From: Lama guanicoe
Lineage: Eukaryota
Reading direction: 5' to 3'
NCBI GenBank assembly: GCA_013239625.1
Contig: MU054187.1
Location: 8,590,358 to 8,654,357 of the forward strand
DNA length: 64,000 bases
The notes beneath the pieces are model-generated. The model searched no databases. It was not told the origin of the DNA and saw only the letters and a program-made list of their open reading frames with translations. The position numbers were made by a program, and so were the translations under genes. How positions within the stretch are numbered: the first letter of the stretch is position 1; every line of letters starts with the position of its first letter. Below are positions 11,586 through 23,310 of this stretch, piece by piece.

Positions 11586-13557
11586 CAGAATTCTTTGGAT
11601 AATCAGTTTGGACATTTATCCGACAAATATTTAGTAAAGAATAGACTGAAAATGTATTTGGGAGAACTATCTCAATAGTATTTGAATTTTATAGTTTAAA
11701 ATCTATAGAAAAGAAATAACTTTTCCAAATGATCAGCAGCTCTCCTGGAATTTCTTCAGCATCGTGGGTACCAGGAGCCAGGCATCAGCAGCCAGCCTCT
11801 CCACTTAGCTGCATAGCCCTCCATCTGCGCGGTCTTACTGTCCACTGCCCCATTCTCCTGCCCTAAACCATAGTCTTGCATCATAATTGGAAGTGGGTAT
11901 TTTAAGATAAAAGCTGTACCTGGCAAATAAAGAAACATATTTGTTCTAAGTTTAATTAAATAAGTCTGGGCAGCCTTTTTGCAATATGGAGTTTAACTGT
12001 CAAATTTATGTTAATATGATCTCAGAGAATGAAGCTGCTATAAAAGTTTCTCCCCTCACCCCTTGCTTAAGCTCCTCTGTTGCCTTACTGAAGTTTCTTT
12101 AAATTGGCAGTGTCTTATTAAAATATCGCCAGGTCAGTTCTGCAAGAACAAGGCAGTTAAAAATAATCTAACAAATTCCAAATGTTAACTTAAAGACATC
12201 AACACAAATAAACTGCAATCGTATGTATCATACAGAGAGAAAACTGTCACAACGGTTGAGTTTTCAGCATCTCTTTGGAATCACTCAACGCCAAGCTCTC
12301 CTTTATCTGATTAACACAGGATTATAAAGATCTTCTGAGCACTCTCAGTATAATACAAAGAGCCTTTCATTTCTCTGAGCAACCCTCTCCTTTTTTTCTT
12401 TCTTTTTTTTTTTGCGTGTGAAAAAGATGTGCCATCCAATTTTTTTTATTTTGCAATTTAACAACAAAAAAAAGAATGCTAACAGTTTGAATCATGAATC
12501 CTGTTGTGGGGACTGAGTTAATTAAAAACCTGATGTATACATACAGCTGATCCTACTCACCCTAATGAAGAACATTAATTCTAGGACATGTGTGGCTGTA
12601 GTCACATTGCTACAAATTACTGGACTCTTCCCTTTATCTGTTTCCAAGAAAGTCTCCCCCGGTTAGTTAGGAAAAAAAGAAAAATATGACGCCTTAGTTC
12701 TGGGCAGCATAAATTACACACATCAATCAGAAAAGCCTAAATTAAAATACACATTTGGCAAACAAATATGAATATGTTGATCTGATCTGTGAATCACAAT
12801 GATTTAGTGCCAGTGCCGACCCCCGCACTGTTCAACATGAAGGTCACCGTGAGCAGCCCCTTTCTCACTGAGAAATGTTTTCGTGTCTTTGAAGGATGCA
12901 ATTTCATATATGCTCTAATGTTCAGTCTAACTAGTGATTCCTATGTAGAGAGACTGACTTATCTTATAAAGAAAATGCAGGCTCGTTTTTATTTATGTAA
13001 TCCAAAACAGATAGCTAAATTAAAATGTGGGGGGGAAATGCAGCTGTTTATGGGTCCTGGGCTGGGAATTCTCCAATGTGTTTATGATAGTTTCTAATCT
13101 AGCAGAATACCATTTGTGAAATGGAATGCTACACCTTTCCGATATTGAGTGACCGTAAATCAGTCTATTCTTATCACCTACTGCATGCATTCTTGGGGCA
13201 GGGGTAACTGCTGGAGAGATGCTTATTTCGTGGCAGACCTGAAGGGAGATGATCTTGGGTCTTCCGGGCTGCCATTTCTCCAAAATATCAGGAGGCAAAG
13301 CAGGCAGGTTGAGGAAGGCAGTGATCTCCCTGGACAGAAGCGTGTTTTATGTTATGACACTTATTTTGAATATTCATGATGTATTTTCTTGCTAAGATTT
13401 CATTCTCATAACTACAAACCAGTACAATGATCCCGTCTGTATTAAAGGAGGAGGCTGCAATGCATGCTTTTGATAGTTTGCAACTCAGTGCTGAGACCCC
13501 TTGCAGCTAGATGGAAGAAGCCAAACAACAAAACCAGGTTAAACCTGCACAACATGC

Positions 13558-13736
13558 GTGCTTTCATCTGCAGAGATGTCCTGAGGAACTTGTGAAACTT
13601 CAGATCCCTAGGCCTCACTTCCCCAAATTCCAGTTCAGGAGGTTTGGACTGAGGCCTGGAATCTGCATTTCTCACAAGTTCTCCAGGTTATTTCTTATTA
13701 AATGTTATTTAGGACAGACTTTGAGAAAGACTTCTA
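13558..13736. mobile_element. MER5A/B hAT-Charlie element
   Basis: 'cttcagatccctaggcctcac...tgaggcctggaatctgcatttctcacaagttctccagg...actttgagaaagacttctag'. Confidence 0.8.
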
Positions 13737-15679
13737 GAAAGATGAATGGGTGAAAAAAGATCATGTGATCCATAATCACTTTGTTTTGAGCAGTTTGACC
13801 GAAGGTTATATTAAGAGATGAAATCCTGAATTGGGACGAGCAATTTGTGTGCAAATTATCATAGACTGAAGAAAGGAGGCTTTTGGAGGGATGTATTCTG
13901 ACAGTTGTTTTACACTGAGGTGGGGGTTTTTTTGGAGGAGGGGTGGGCAGGGGAAGTAAGGGTCATCAGCAGGGAGCTGCCCCGATTAAGGCACCTTTGG
14001 GCTGCAGCAGCCAAACTTCCCAGATTTTTAAAACCAAATTCCGGTTTGAAGCATTCAGTGCTATTATCCCCACACCACGTGAACCAACTTTTGATTCAGG
14101 AAGTATGATCGCTATGTTTCTTGAGCAAATTCTCAGATTACATTTTACATTCTAGGGTCCTAACGCATAAGCTTGAAAACTTCTGGAAGAAAGAAGACCG
14201 CGAAGGTAGGGTGAGAGAATGATCAATTGTTACCTATTCTGTGGGGCTGGAGGGACAACAAGATTGTCTGTTCCTCCTGTGATGTAACTGAGAAACACCG
14301 ACGTCCGGAAAAGTAACATGAGGTGACAAAAAAGATGTTTGAGAAATATTGTATCTTAGGGAAAAAAGGAACCTGAGTCAATTTTGCATAGATCCATGTT
14401 GATTGTTAAGATGGCCAAGATGAATGGGTTGGTTGTGCTGCAGTCTGTTCATTTGGCTCAGACAGGCACTGTCAAGAGTAACTTGGGTACAATTTTGCTC
14501 TGTGCTAATTAGAGTTGGTCAAATGGTCCTCTGATGAATTTCCTCCCCTAGATAGAATTTGAGAGGATATACAACAACAAAGTAATTATCGGGGGTGCCA
14601 ATTATCCAGAGGGGCGTCTACACTGGATCTGGGGATATAGAACCTGGTCTCAAATTCTTAGAAATTTTGCTCCCCAACTAAGGCAGCCCCATTAAAAGTC
14701 CTATTTTAGTGGGCACACAACCAATAGTGCGTATGCTGATAGCATTTTCACATACGAATCTGATAGTTAGGCACGCCATTACCCAATTTACACATGCAAA
14801 TGCAGTAATTGTGTGCACTGGGTGCTGGGGGAAGCCTGGCACACACCCAAAAGGGAGGCCTTTTCAAAGCTTGGCCAACCCTCCAAATTCCTCTTCCACA
14901 GCAACTCACGATACTGTCTTACCTCTATTACACAAAATTCTATGGGATGCTGGGAGAAAGGATATGTGCTTTGTGTATTTCCCTCAGTGACTGAAACTTT
15001 TTATCTCTGTTTGATTTGGATATGTTTTAAGTTCTCTTTCTTTTTCTTCAATCAATTGACTGTAGACTTCCTCTCCTTTGTAGTAATTCACCATTTTATT
15101 TCCCTGCTTAAAAAAAAAATTCAACTCTAATTAGAAAGTACAGATTCTCTCATTATGACTTATTCTCATCTAGACTCAAAATGAGAATGACTATGAATTG
15201 CTATAATAAATGATTTGCACTTTTGAAAGAATGGAGATTACTGTTTACAGCTATGTGCACGTGAGTTTACTCCAAGATGCATTTGATTATTCTAATTTAC
15301 GGAGCTGCTGCAGAAAGCCGTTAACTGTTTCCTGTTTCTTTGTTTACGTGTTCCAGATATCCTGGGGTCTCTTGACTACTCAGGCAGGTCAAGGCAGGCA
15401 AGTAATTTAAAAAATATAAATAGGATTGCGTATACTTGCTTCGCCAGTGTTTTTCAGAAGGGAAGTCTAAAAGCCTGACATTGACCATGGCAAGATTTTT
15501 AGATTAGCCAATGGTAGCACAAAAATCACACTAAAGAACATTTTGCCAGAAGTGGAGAAGCGGTGGTATTGTGAGAGATAAAATTGTGATGGGAATTTAC
15601 AACTTTTATGTATTCATTCAGAAGAAAACCATGCTGTGTGTTTACCACACTCCATGTACTGTTTGAGGCATCCTTTTAT

Positions 15680-16629
15680 CTCCTAGCTCTCATCTCATCT
15701 CTCTTAACATTCTATTTCATCTCTGTCTGCCCCTTAACGGATGGGATTCTCCAGAATTCCAGATTTCAGTCCTCATTTTAACCATCTATTCATGAGAAGC
15801 TGTACCTTCATCTCTGACCTCCATACATATCTCTTTCTCCAGACTAGACTTCTCTTCAAAATTCCAAATCTGTGTTTCCAGAAGCCTTTTCACCTTCCCA
15901 TCTAAATATTCCAATATACAGAAATTGTAGCAGATTCAAATCAGGATTTATATCTTCCTCAGACTTCATGTTAGAGGGTCCTCTCTGTACCCTCAGTTCA
16001 CACATCCTGTGGGCCCCTGAGTTCAGTAATGCTGCAACTCAAGAATGTTTCCTTTGAAGTCTGTCCTCTCAGTGCCCTTCCCACTGCCTGCCTGAGTTTA
16101 GGACACTTGCAATAGTTTTATAACTGTTATCGGTCTCTCCCCGAGGTTACTCTGTTTTCTCACTCCCAGGCTGTCTTCCCAAAGTGCACTCTGATTAGAT
16201 ATTGCTTTGCTTAGTGCTTTTAATTTCTCCTGCCATAGCCTTGCTTGTGTCCAAATGCCATAGTTTCCTGTACCAGGTCCAGTTGCTTTGCACCTGACAA
16301 TTCGCTGTCACTGAAAACCCATCAACTTTCACACCGCAATGCCACTGCTCATGCCGGTAGGTTCCTCCCTCTTTGTGAGCGTTAGCTTTCATTCTGTTGC
16401 TTTCTCTCTCATCATCCTGCGGAGTCCACTTCAAATGCCTTCTCCTTTATGAGACCGTTAGAGCACCTACCCCAGCAGCAGAACACACTATGCTTTCTTC
16501 TCTGTAATAAAACTGCTTTTAAACCTATCATGGGATGTAATGTTATATAATAAATGTTGATAAATAGTTGCTTGTTTCCACACTGAATTGTACATGTCTT
16601 AAATCAGAAACTGCCTTTTATTGATCACC
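15680..16629 (+). mobile_element. Old L2 (L2b/c) 3' region, abutting the ERV LTR
   Basis: 'ccagactagacttctcttcaaaattccaaatctgtgtttcca', 'ttcaaatgccttctcctttatgag', 'ttccacactgaattgta'. Confidence 0.7.
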
Positions 16630-17214
16630 TGTCAATGTTCTCTCACCAGAGACAACCAAGAACACACCTGTGGATGAGGTTGGGTTTGTTGCTATTTCAA
16701 GGAGGAAGAATATTCACCCTGGGGCATGTTGCAGTTTTAGGACAAATTATGTATAACATTTGGGTTTGTGGTTGTTGCTTTTGGGGAGTAATTAGGAAAG
16801 CTAGTCTTTGTTTTGGGTTTGATGCTGACTTGAATTAGAAGTAATTCTGATCGGCAATCTTAGAAGATCTCAACTAGAAGGAGGAAGATACAGACTGAAG
16901 TTAAAGGTGTAATTGCTAAAGAATCAGTAGTTACACATATTAGCCATGTTAGGGGATGCTTGATAATTTTGTGGTTTAAAAAACGTTCATGTTTTGTTTG
17001 TGCTCAGACGTGATTATGGTGTGCTCTTGCTTTTGCCTTGATCCTTCACGGTCACAGAAGCGGTCTTCCCGGATATTGGTGTTCTATGGAATTGCTTATG
17101 TTTAACTGGGGAACGCCAGTGCCTGGCTGCGAGTGCCAGGCCGGCTCCTGGCAACCCCAGACACCGATAGTGCCAGGCCAGGTTTCAGCCATCAGGTCCT
17201 ACTTTTCTTTTTCA
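16630..17214 (-). mobile_element. ERV1-class 3' LTR (~585 bp; exact family not assigned)
   Basis: Minus strand begins TGAAAAAG (17214) and ends TGACA (16630); immediately preceded by a purine tract; internal 'gagccggcctggcactcgcagccagg' and 'ccgtgaaggatcaaggcaaaagcaagagcacaccataatcacgtctgagcac' resemble an old eutherian ERV1 LTR. Confidence 0.85.
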
Positions 17215-17226
17215 GTCCTCCTTTTT
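17215..17226 (-). other. Retroviral polypurine tract
   Basis: Minus strand AAAAAGGAGGAC directly 5' of the LTR's TG. Confidence 0.8.
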
Positions 17227-17329
17227 AACCAAGGGAAGACAAAGACAGAAGTTGGGATATTAATCCATGATATTCGGATGTTCTCCATTGCCAGGGTTTT
17301 ACTGATCATGAGCAGGAGGGTGTCCAGAG

Positions 17330-18528
17330 AACGTAGTCAATCTTTGTACAAGGGTTAATCCATCCTTTTCTTTCTGTTGAGTTGTTGAGTCACCCTGTGT
17401 GACAAAGGCTGTGCATTTAAGGCTCTGAATAAGATTTTTCAACAAGTGTACCGCAGTTAGCAGAAAATAGTGATTGTTAGTCCTTGTATCGAGTCTTGGA
17501 GCCAGGAGTTTAGATTATAAAACCTATGCAATGAGAACATGTACCAGAATCCAACTGTGCGTGTTGTTTTTCTTGGCTGTTGGTTGGTTTACTTGCGTGG
17601 TAACCTGTATAGGTCAGGCGAGGAAGCATTTACTCCAGGACACCACCTTCTTAGCTAGCTGAGAGAAAACCAGTGGCTATTGAGTTGTCCATGACAATGC
17701 TGAGTAATAAATTTACAATTGTTTGCTGGGTTTCCAGGGAAGAATTTGTGTTATTTATAATGTTTGACAGAATCAGAGACAAGTTTCAGACCACCTTTTA
17801 CAGATATATTATCCCTTCTGTAGGATAACTGTAGTTCACATGGCAGTTAATAATTCGAATGAATCCGTAGGAGTCAGGGTGTAGCAAATGCATGTAAGTT
17901 TGACGTTCCTATAAGAAGTAGAGTTCCAGTGGGGCACAGACTACATTGAAAGTAAGAATAACATTTCAGATAATAGATATGAACCATTTTCTTTGTTCAA
18001 GGGTGTAAGATTTCTTGAGTGGAGTTAAATAGTCTACTTCTAAGCAGGCTGGAGTATCTCTGAAGTGGGCAAGCCAGCTATTACAGTAATGATAACCCCC
18101 AAATCAATTTTTATTTCTGATAGGCTAGGTTTTGCTGATAAGATCATAATTACTTCAGTAGGAGCCTTTAATTGACATGAGGTCAAGATCTAATTTTTAT
18201 AGGACTGAACGGTTAGGATTAAATGATATGAGGTGTACTTAAGTATCAAAAGAGGACTGTAAAACAGAATCCATCTTCTGCAGTGTTTAATAGTTAATTA
18301 GTAATTAATAAAATTTGTTGGCACTAAGCCAAATTCAGAATGGCAGTTATTCATTTTTTTCAAATGTTAGAGTTTTGGTTTTGCTTTAAGTGGCAATAGA
18401 CCATAGGAAGTTTAAAGTAACAGGACAAAGATAAGGAAGATAAGTTTGAGGAATTTTTTAGTTAATAAAGGATGTCAACAAATAATAATAGGCAATATTA
18501 GTAGGATAACAAAGGATAAGAAAAACAT
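17330..18528 (-). pseudogene. env: Decayed gamma-type env (leader, SU fragment, TM ectodomain)
   Basis: Manual minus-strand translation: hydrophobic leader MFFLSFVILLILPIIIC* from 18528; SU-like VCAPLELYFL (~17910-17945); heptad + ISD NLSLILSNIINNTNSSLETQQTIVNLLLSIVMDNSIATGFLSAS*EGGV (~17640-17785); NSWLQDSIQGLTITIF near the TM anchor; many stops and frameshifts. Confidence 0.85.
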
Positions 18529-18724
18529 GTTGAAGAATCAGAACGTTAATTTTATCCCATTGTCTTGTGTAAAAGCCATTTACTTTTGCAATCACCAGCT
18601 TGTTCTAAAGTTTTAAACAAGAATCGTCTACTTACGTAGTTGTCACTTACAGAGAATTCCTAAGAATGCTCTAAGACCCCTTTGTGGAATAAATGTCCAA
18701 TAGTAAGGAGGAGGGAATGTATGT

Positions 18725-19123
18725 CTCTGAGTTGAAAACATCACCCCCATGATTAACATCTTGGAGTTCTACTGCTGTGTTAGTTGTTAATAGTACCTGC
18801 TAGCTTCTTTTTCATCAAGGCTCAAGGGCAATTTTTCTCTTGTGTCTTTTTCAAAAGAACAAATCTGTAGATTTCAGATTTTATAAAGGCTGCTTAGACG
18901 AATGTTTTAGAAAGGCAGCTCTTACCTACTGGTGACAAGACCTTTGGTATCACACAAGTCTATTGCATTAAGTAGTCATATCAGCTGGAAAAGGGGTAGA
19001 ATCTATGATTGAAAGTAATTTCTAAAAGCCTGAGTAATTCTCTTGAGAGACAACTTGTGTGCCCTAGAAAGGATTTGTCTTAATTCCATGAAAGCTAATG
19101 ACAGAACTTTGGGCCTTGGACAT
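18725..19123 (-). pseudogene. pol: Decayed pol, integrase C-terminal part
   Basis: Minus strand PRPKVLSLAFMELRQILSRAHKLS (cf. WPKVLPLALMAIRSTP) and QPL*NLKSTDLFF*KRHKRKIALEP**KRS*QVLLTTNTAVELQDV (cf. gamma-type LEPRWKGPYQVLLTT-TAVKL GPY/F region). Confidence 0.85.
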
Positions 19124-20740
19124 TTAGTATATTATTTAGCATTACGTGCAGTATAATGTAATATAACATCAGTGTATCATATAATGTTTTAAAATTTTAA
19201 AAAATCCATTGACTTGTATACATATTTGTATATTTCTATAGCTATTCTACCTATTTTAAGGAATCATTTATATAGATTATCTTTAATCAAAGTGATTATT
19301 TATTTAAAAAAAAAAAGCATATCTTTTTCTTTCCAGACACAAGAGAAAACCAGAGAACAAAAATGATGAAATTATTTAGCTACTCTTTTACATGGACACT
19401 TATTTAAGAAGGCAAAAACAAACATATATTATGTCATTTAAAATCATTTGCATATTTTGTTATCTATTGTCATTTTAAGAAATGAGTAAATTAAAATTAG
19501 GTTCCACTAACCAATGTTTGTGCCTGTTGCTTGTTTAGAAATTTTATAGGCTTCCAAAGATTACTTATTAATTAAGTCAATCATTTACCTAAGGTCTTAA
19601 ATTTGGTTAAGTATCTGGAAATTACTAATTTTAGTTAACACTTTAAATCATATGATTTGTAGGATTGTAAAAATTTCACACAATTAAACCTTTAAAAAAA
19701 AGTCCTCCATTATTATCATTCCATTTAGTTGAGTACAATTTAATACATATAATAAAAAATTTTAAACAAGCTATGAAAACAGTGACATTCTACTTAATTC
19801 ACCAAACTAATGTAGGATATTTAGAAAGGTTAAATCATGAGAAGTTTATTGTAGTGACATTATTCTCATATAGTAAACTAATTTTTTAAAGTATTTGAAT
19901 CATGCTAAAGCTCATTTTTTAATCTTAGAACTAAAGCTTTTTCTTATCTTGTAACTATAGTAATACAGGCTACTATATAAATATTCATAAATAGAAAATC
20001 AAAATACAGAAACAGAAACACAAAACAAAACACATAGAAAAACACAGCTAAATAATTAATTTTTACTTTCTTTGGGACATTTTAGACTATTTATTTGAAC
20101 CAAATATTTGAGTGGGCACTTAACAGATTTTTTAAATCAGTTAATCTTTAATGCTTCCTGAAAGAATAGAAAAAGGAGGAAGAGGAATAGAAAAGTAATG
20201 AGAGGGAGTCAGCTTTATAAAAATATGAAATTATTGCTATAAAAAGTAATTATGTGACATGGTTATCTACCTAGGCAAAAACAGAGATTCAACAACAACA
20301 ACAACAACAAAGACTCCTGGAACTAACAGGCGATTTTATAATTTATAATAAGCAAGGTTGCAAGATAGAAGATTAATATACAAAAACAATTGTGTCTCCT
20401 CTGTAAGAAAATAAAGTTTTAATGTAGAAAAACAGCCTGACATACATACACACAAAAGAGAGTGATGTATAGCTGATTTAGACATAGCTTGAGCTCTTGA
20501 CAATTTTATCTCAGTTTAATTATGACTAAAAAGCCAGCACTTAAAAATCTCTAAAATTAAAAAAAAACAAACAATAACCACAAAAATCCGCAGTGAGGGC
20601 TATGTCTCCTCTGATAAACAAAGTAATCTTTTAGGCAAACAAGTCAACTTCTAAAGTGTCTGCTTTTTATTCTAAGCTAATCTCAATTTAACAATAATTT
20701 CTTTCCTGTCCAAAACTCCCCGAGGTGGCCACTGAAATTC
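19124..20740 (-). mobile_element. AT-rich ERV1 internal region (MER4-group-like, non-coding)
   Basis: Extremely AT-rich block continuous with the pol remnant, composition typical of non-autonomous ERV1 internals; no 5' LTR seen; boundaries approximate. Confidence 0.5.
20250..20405 (+). mobile_element. L1 ORF2 (RT-region) fragment with (CAA)7 expansion at 20290-20310
   Basis: 'gacatggttatctaccta...agactcctggaactaa...agcaaggttgcaagatagaagattaatatacaaaa' corresponds to L1 DMIVY...LLEL...SKVAGYKINIQK. Confidence 0.75.
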
Positions 20741-21419
20741 CAAATTATCCCTGGTGCTATTGTGACTGTTAGGGAAAGAAGCATCGTAGTGAGGAAACAT
20801 GGAGGAAGCGGGTATTCAAGCTGGAAGAGGCAGAGTTTTAGATTGAGAGCATCCCATCAGAACTGCACATAGTGGGTGCCTTGTGCATAGTGGGTATCTT
20901 GTACATTGCAGGTGGTCGTCAAACAGCTGTGGGTTTAACTTGAGGAGGCAAATAATGAACTGATAACTAAACTTGTGAAATACTGAAGTTATGTTCTTTT
21001 TCTTCTTACTGTTTAAATGTATTTGCCAGTAATTATTCACATCTTATAAGAAAACTTTAGAATTTTCATCTCTGTGTACCCCTGAGAAATACTAACTGAA
21101 AATTAATTAAATGAAAAGAATATTGCCAGCCACACCAGCTCTGTGAAGACATAGAGAAGGATTGTTTTGTTCGTTGCGCTCCAGCCCAGAGGGGTAGCAA
21201 CTCCCTCACACCTTATCAGCAGCAGTAAATTGGCTGCCTCAACCCACTATAATTCTCTTGGGTGAGTGTCATTACACATCCGTTATTTGGATGCAGGTTG
21301 CAAGTACAGAGAACTAAGCGGCTATATCGGGCTCAAAATGGAGAGACTGTCTTCAGAGATTTTAACTGGTTCATTTTCATTTGTGACAAATGCATCAGAG
21401 AGAATTGAGGCTAACAGAA

Positions 21420-21620
21420 AAAGAGAAAAGGAATCGTATTAAAATAACTATAATGGGACTGTTTACTGGTGGTAGAGATGCCCGGGGCTGATGGAGAATG
21501 ACAGCAATGTTTTCCCACTTTGAGACTGGGACGCGATGAACACTGAGACATCCTTGGGCAGAGAGATGGTGAATGAGGCTCACTAGACTTGAACAGGTTG
21601 GTAGATGACTATGGGGTTTC
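21420..21620 (-). mobile_element. Old L2 fragment
   Basis: Purine-rich antisense L2-like: 'ggtggtagagatg...tttgagactgg...tgagacatcc'. Confidence 0.4.
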
Positions 21621-22437
21621 TACTAAGTGGCCAAAGAAAGTGTCCAAGGGTTAAGGCAGGCTTAATAGTGGCTCTGCCAACAAGTAGCATTGAAGCTTGT
21701 TCATGTGGCAGCAAGGTCACTGCAACAAGAAAGTGTGGCCCCTGGAGAAGAATCAGGAGGAGGCAGGCACCATCTGGATTCACCCATCAGAGCAGCGGGC
21801 TTCAGTTACTCAGCAAGTGCTCGAGGACAGGCCCGAGTTCTTCAAACAAAAGTGAGACCAAAGCTGCAAGCTCCACCGTTGGGACCTGTCAGTGGGGAGA
21901 GTGGGGGCTGCACAGGCAGTGAGAAGACCACTAAGATACCTTGCTTTGGTGGCTACTCTCGACCCTACTGTGGAGAACTGAGGTGATATGAGTGTGGTTC
22001 TCGGCACATTGTGATTGCCTCTGAAACTGAGCAGAGCAACACATTCTTGGGAGATGAGGTAGGGACTTATACAATGTAGGTCATATGGGTAGAATGCTAT
22101 CCATCTATTAAGAAAGACCTAATCTCCTATGCATCCGCTGTGCCCTGACCCCAACACACACACATACACAGCCCCTCCTGTCTCCTTATGTGAATGAAAC
22201 GAGACAAAAGAATGATGTCATTATTGTTATTAATATCTTCTGAGTTCAAGGACATAATCCTATGGAACATATCTCCATTAAGACATGTATCCCGAAGGGT
22301 GGAGGTTGGTTTCCATATTTCCAAAGCATTCATTACATGTCTTTTGTTCTTAAAATATGAAACACTAAATACCTGATAGATTGTACTTTAGAACCAGTGG
22401 TCTTGAGAATCAGGAACTTCAAGCTTGAAAGGGAGCC

Positions 22438-22579
22438 CCTCTTCTCATTGTGTGATGTTACACAATATCCAAGTGGACTGTGAACAGGCACTAAGATCAA
22501 CAGAGATGCCTCTTCTCATTGTGTGATGTTACACAATATCCAAGTGGACTGTGAACAGGCACTAAGATCAACAGAGATG
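22438..22579. repeat. Perfect 71-bp tandem duplication (2 copies)
   Basis: 22438-22508 and 22509-22579 are base-for-base identical (cctcttctcattgtg...caacagagatg). Confidence 0.98.
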
Positions 22580-22844
22580 AGAGGAAAATGAAACATAATA
22601 TTTAAGCGTTTCATGTAGTTATAAGATGCTGGGTACATTTTGACCTATCCATAAGTTACAAAGCTTTTCTGATTAATTTACCAGAACTGTGAAAGCCATA
22701 TAAGCTAGGTACCTTATAGATAGAGTATTTCTTAATGTCTTAATTTATCGTTGGCAATGAACTACAGTGTCAATCTTGAGAAATGCCTTCTTCTTCCCTA
22801 TCCATCCACTGTTGGCCCCTGATGAGGAGTTGATGCCAAATGGA

Positions 22845-23068
22845 AAGAACCCTGGTTCTGGTGTCAGGAGGATCCAGATTTGAAATTGTGTCCTGCCTTT
22901 TCCTAACTGTGCAAATCTGAACAAGCAACTGGGTCTCTCTAAACCTGTTCCCGTTAAAGAGAGATTAAAATGGCTATCTCAGAGGGTGGCCTCAAAGGTG
23001 ATAAATGGTAGGTATACAAAATGCCCAGCACACATAGTAGAAACTTAGTAAACATAACTATTTTTATC
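22845..23068 (+). mobile_element. MIR
   Basis: 'ttctggtgtcaggaggatccagatttgaa...ctgtgcaaatctgaacaagcaact...cccagcacacatagtagaaacttagtaaa'. Confidence 0.7.
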
Positions 23069-23074
23069 AGGGAG

Positions 23075-23310
23075 AGAAAGCAGCCTAGGATAGTAGAAGA
23101 AAATGGGATTTAGCTCTAGGTTAAATCCCAACTTAGCACTCAGTAGTTTAGAGAATTTAAGTTCCCCGAACCTCTATGTACTCATCTTAAAAATGAAGAT
23201 AATAATAGGTACCTTATGGGCTTTTTTTAAATTTAAACAATGCACTTGGCATAGTATATACCACATAGTAATCATTAAATAAATGATCGTTCACATTAGC
23301 ATTATTAATA
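23075..23310 (+). mobile_element. MIR
   Basis: 'ctaggttaaatcccaactt...ctcatcttaaaaatgaagataataataggtacctt...ttggcatagt...acatagtaa'. Confidence 0.75.

Noticed and set aside
17330..18528. Domesticated env (syncytin-like) gene
   Set aside because: Multiple stops and frameshifts, CX6CC lost, no long ORF
22438..22579. CRISPR-like array
   Set aside because: Only two adjacent copies with no spacer, in a eukaryotic context with no cas genes
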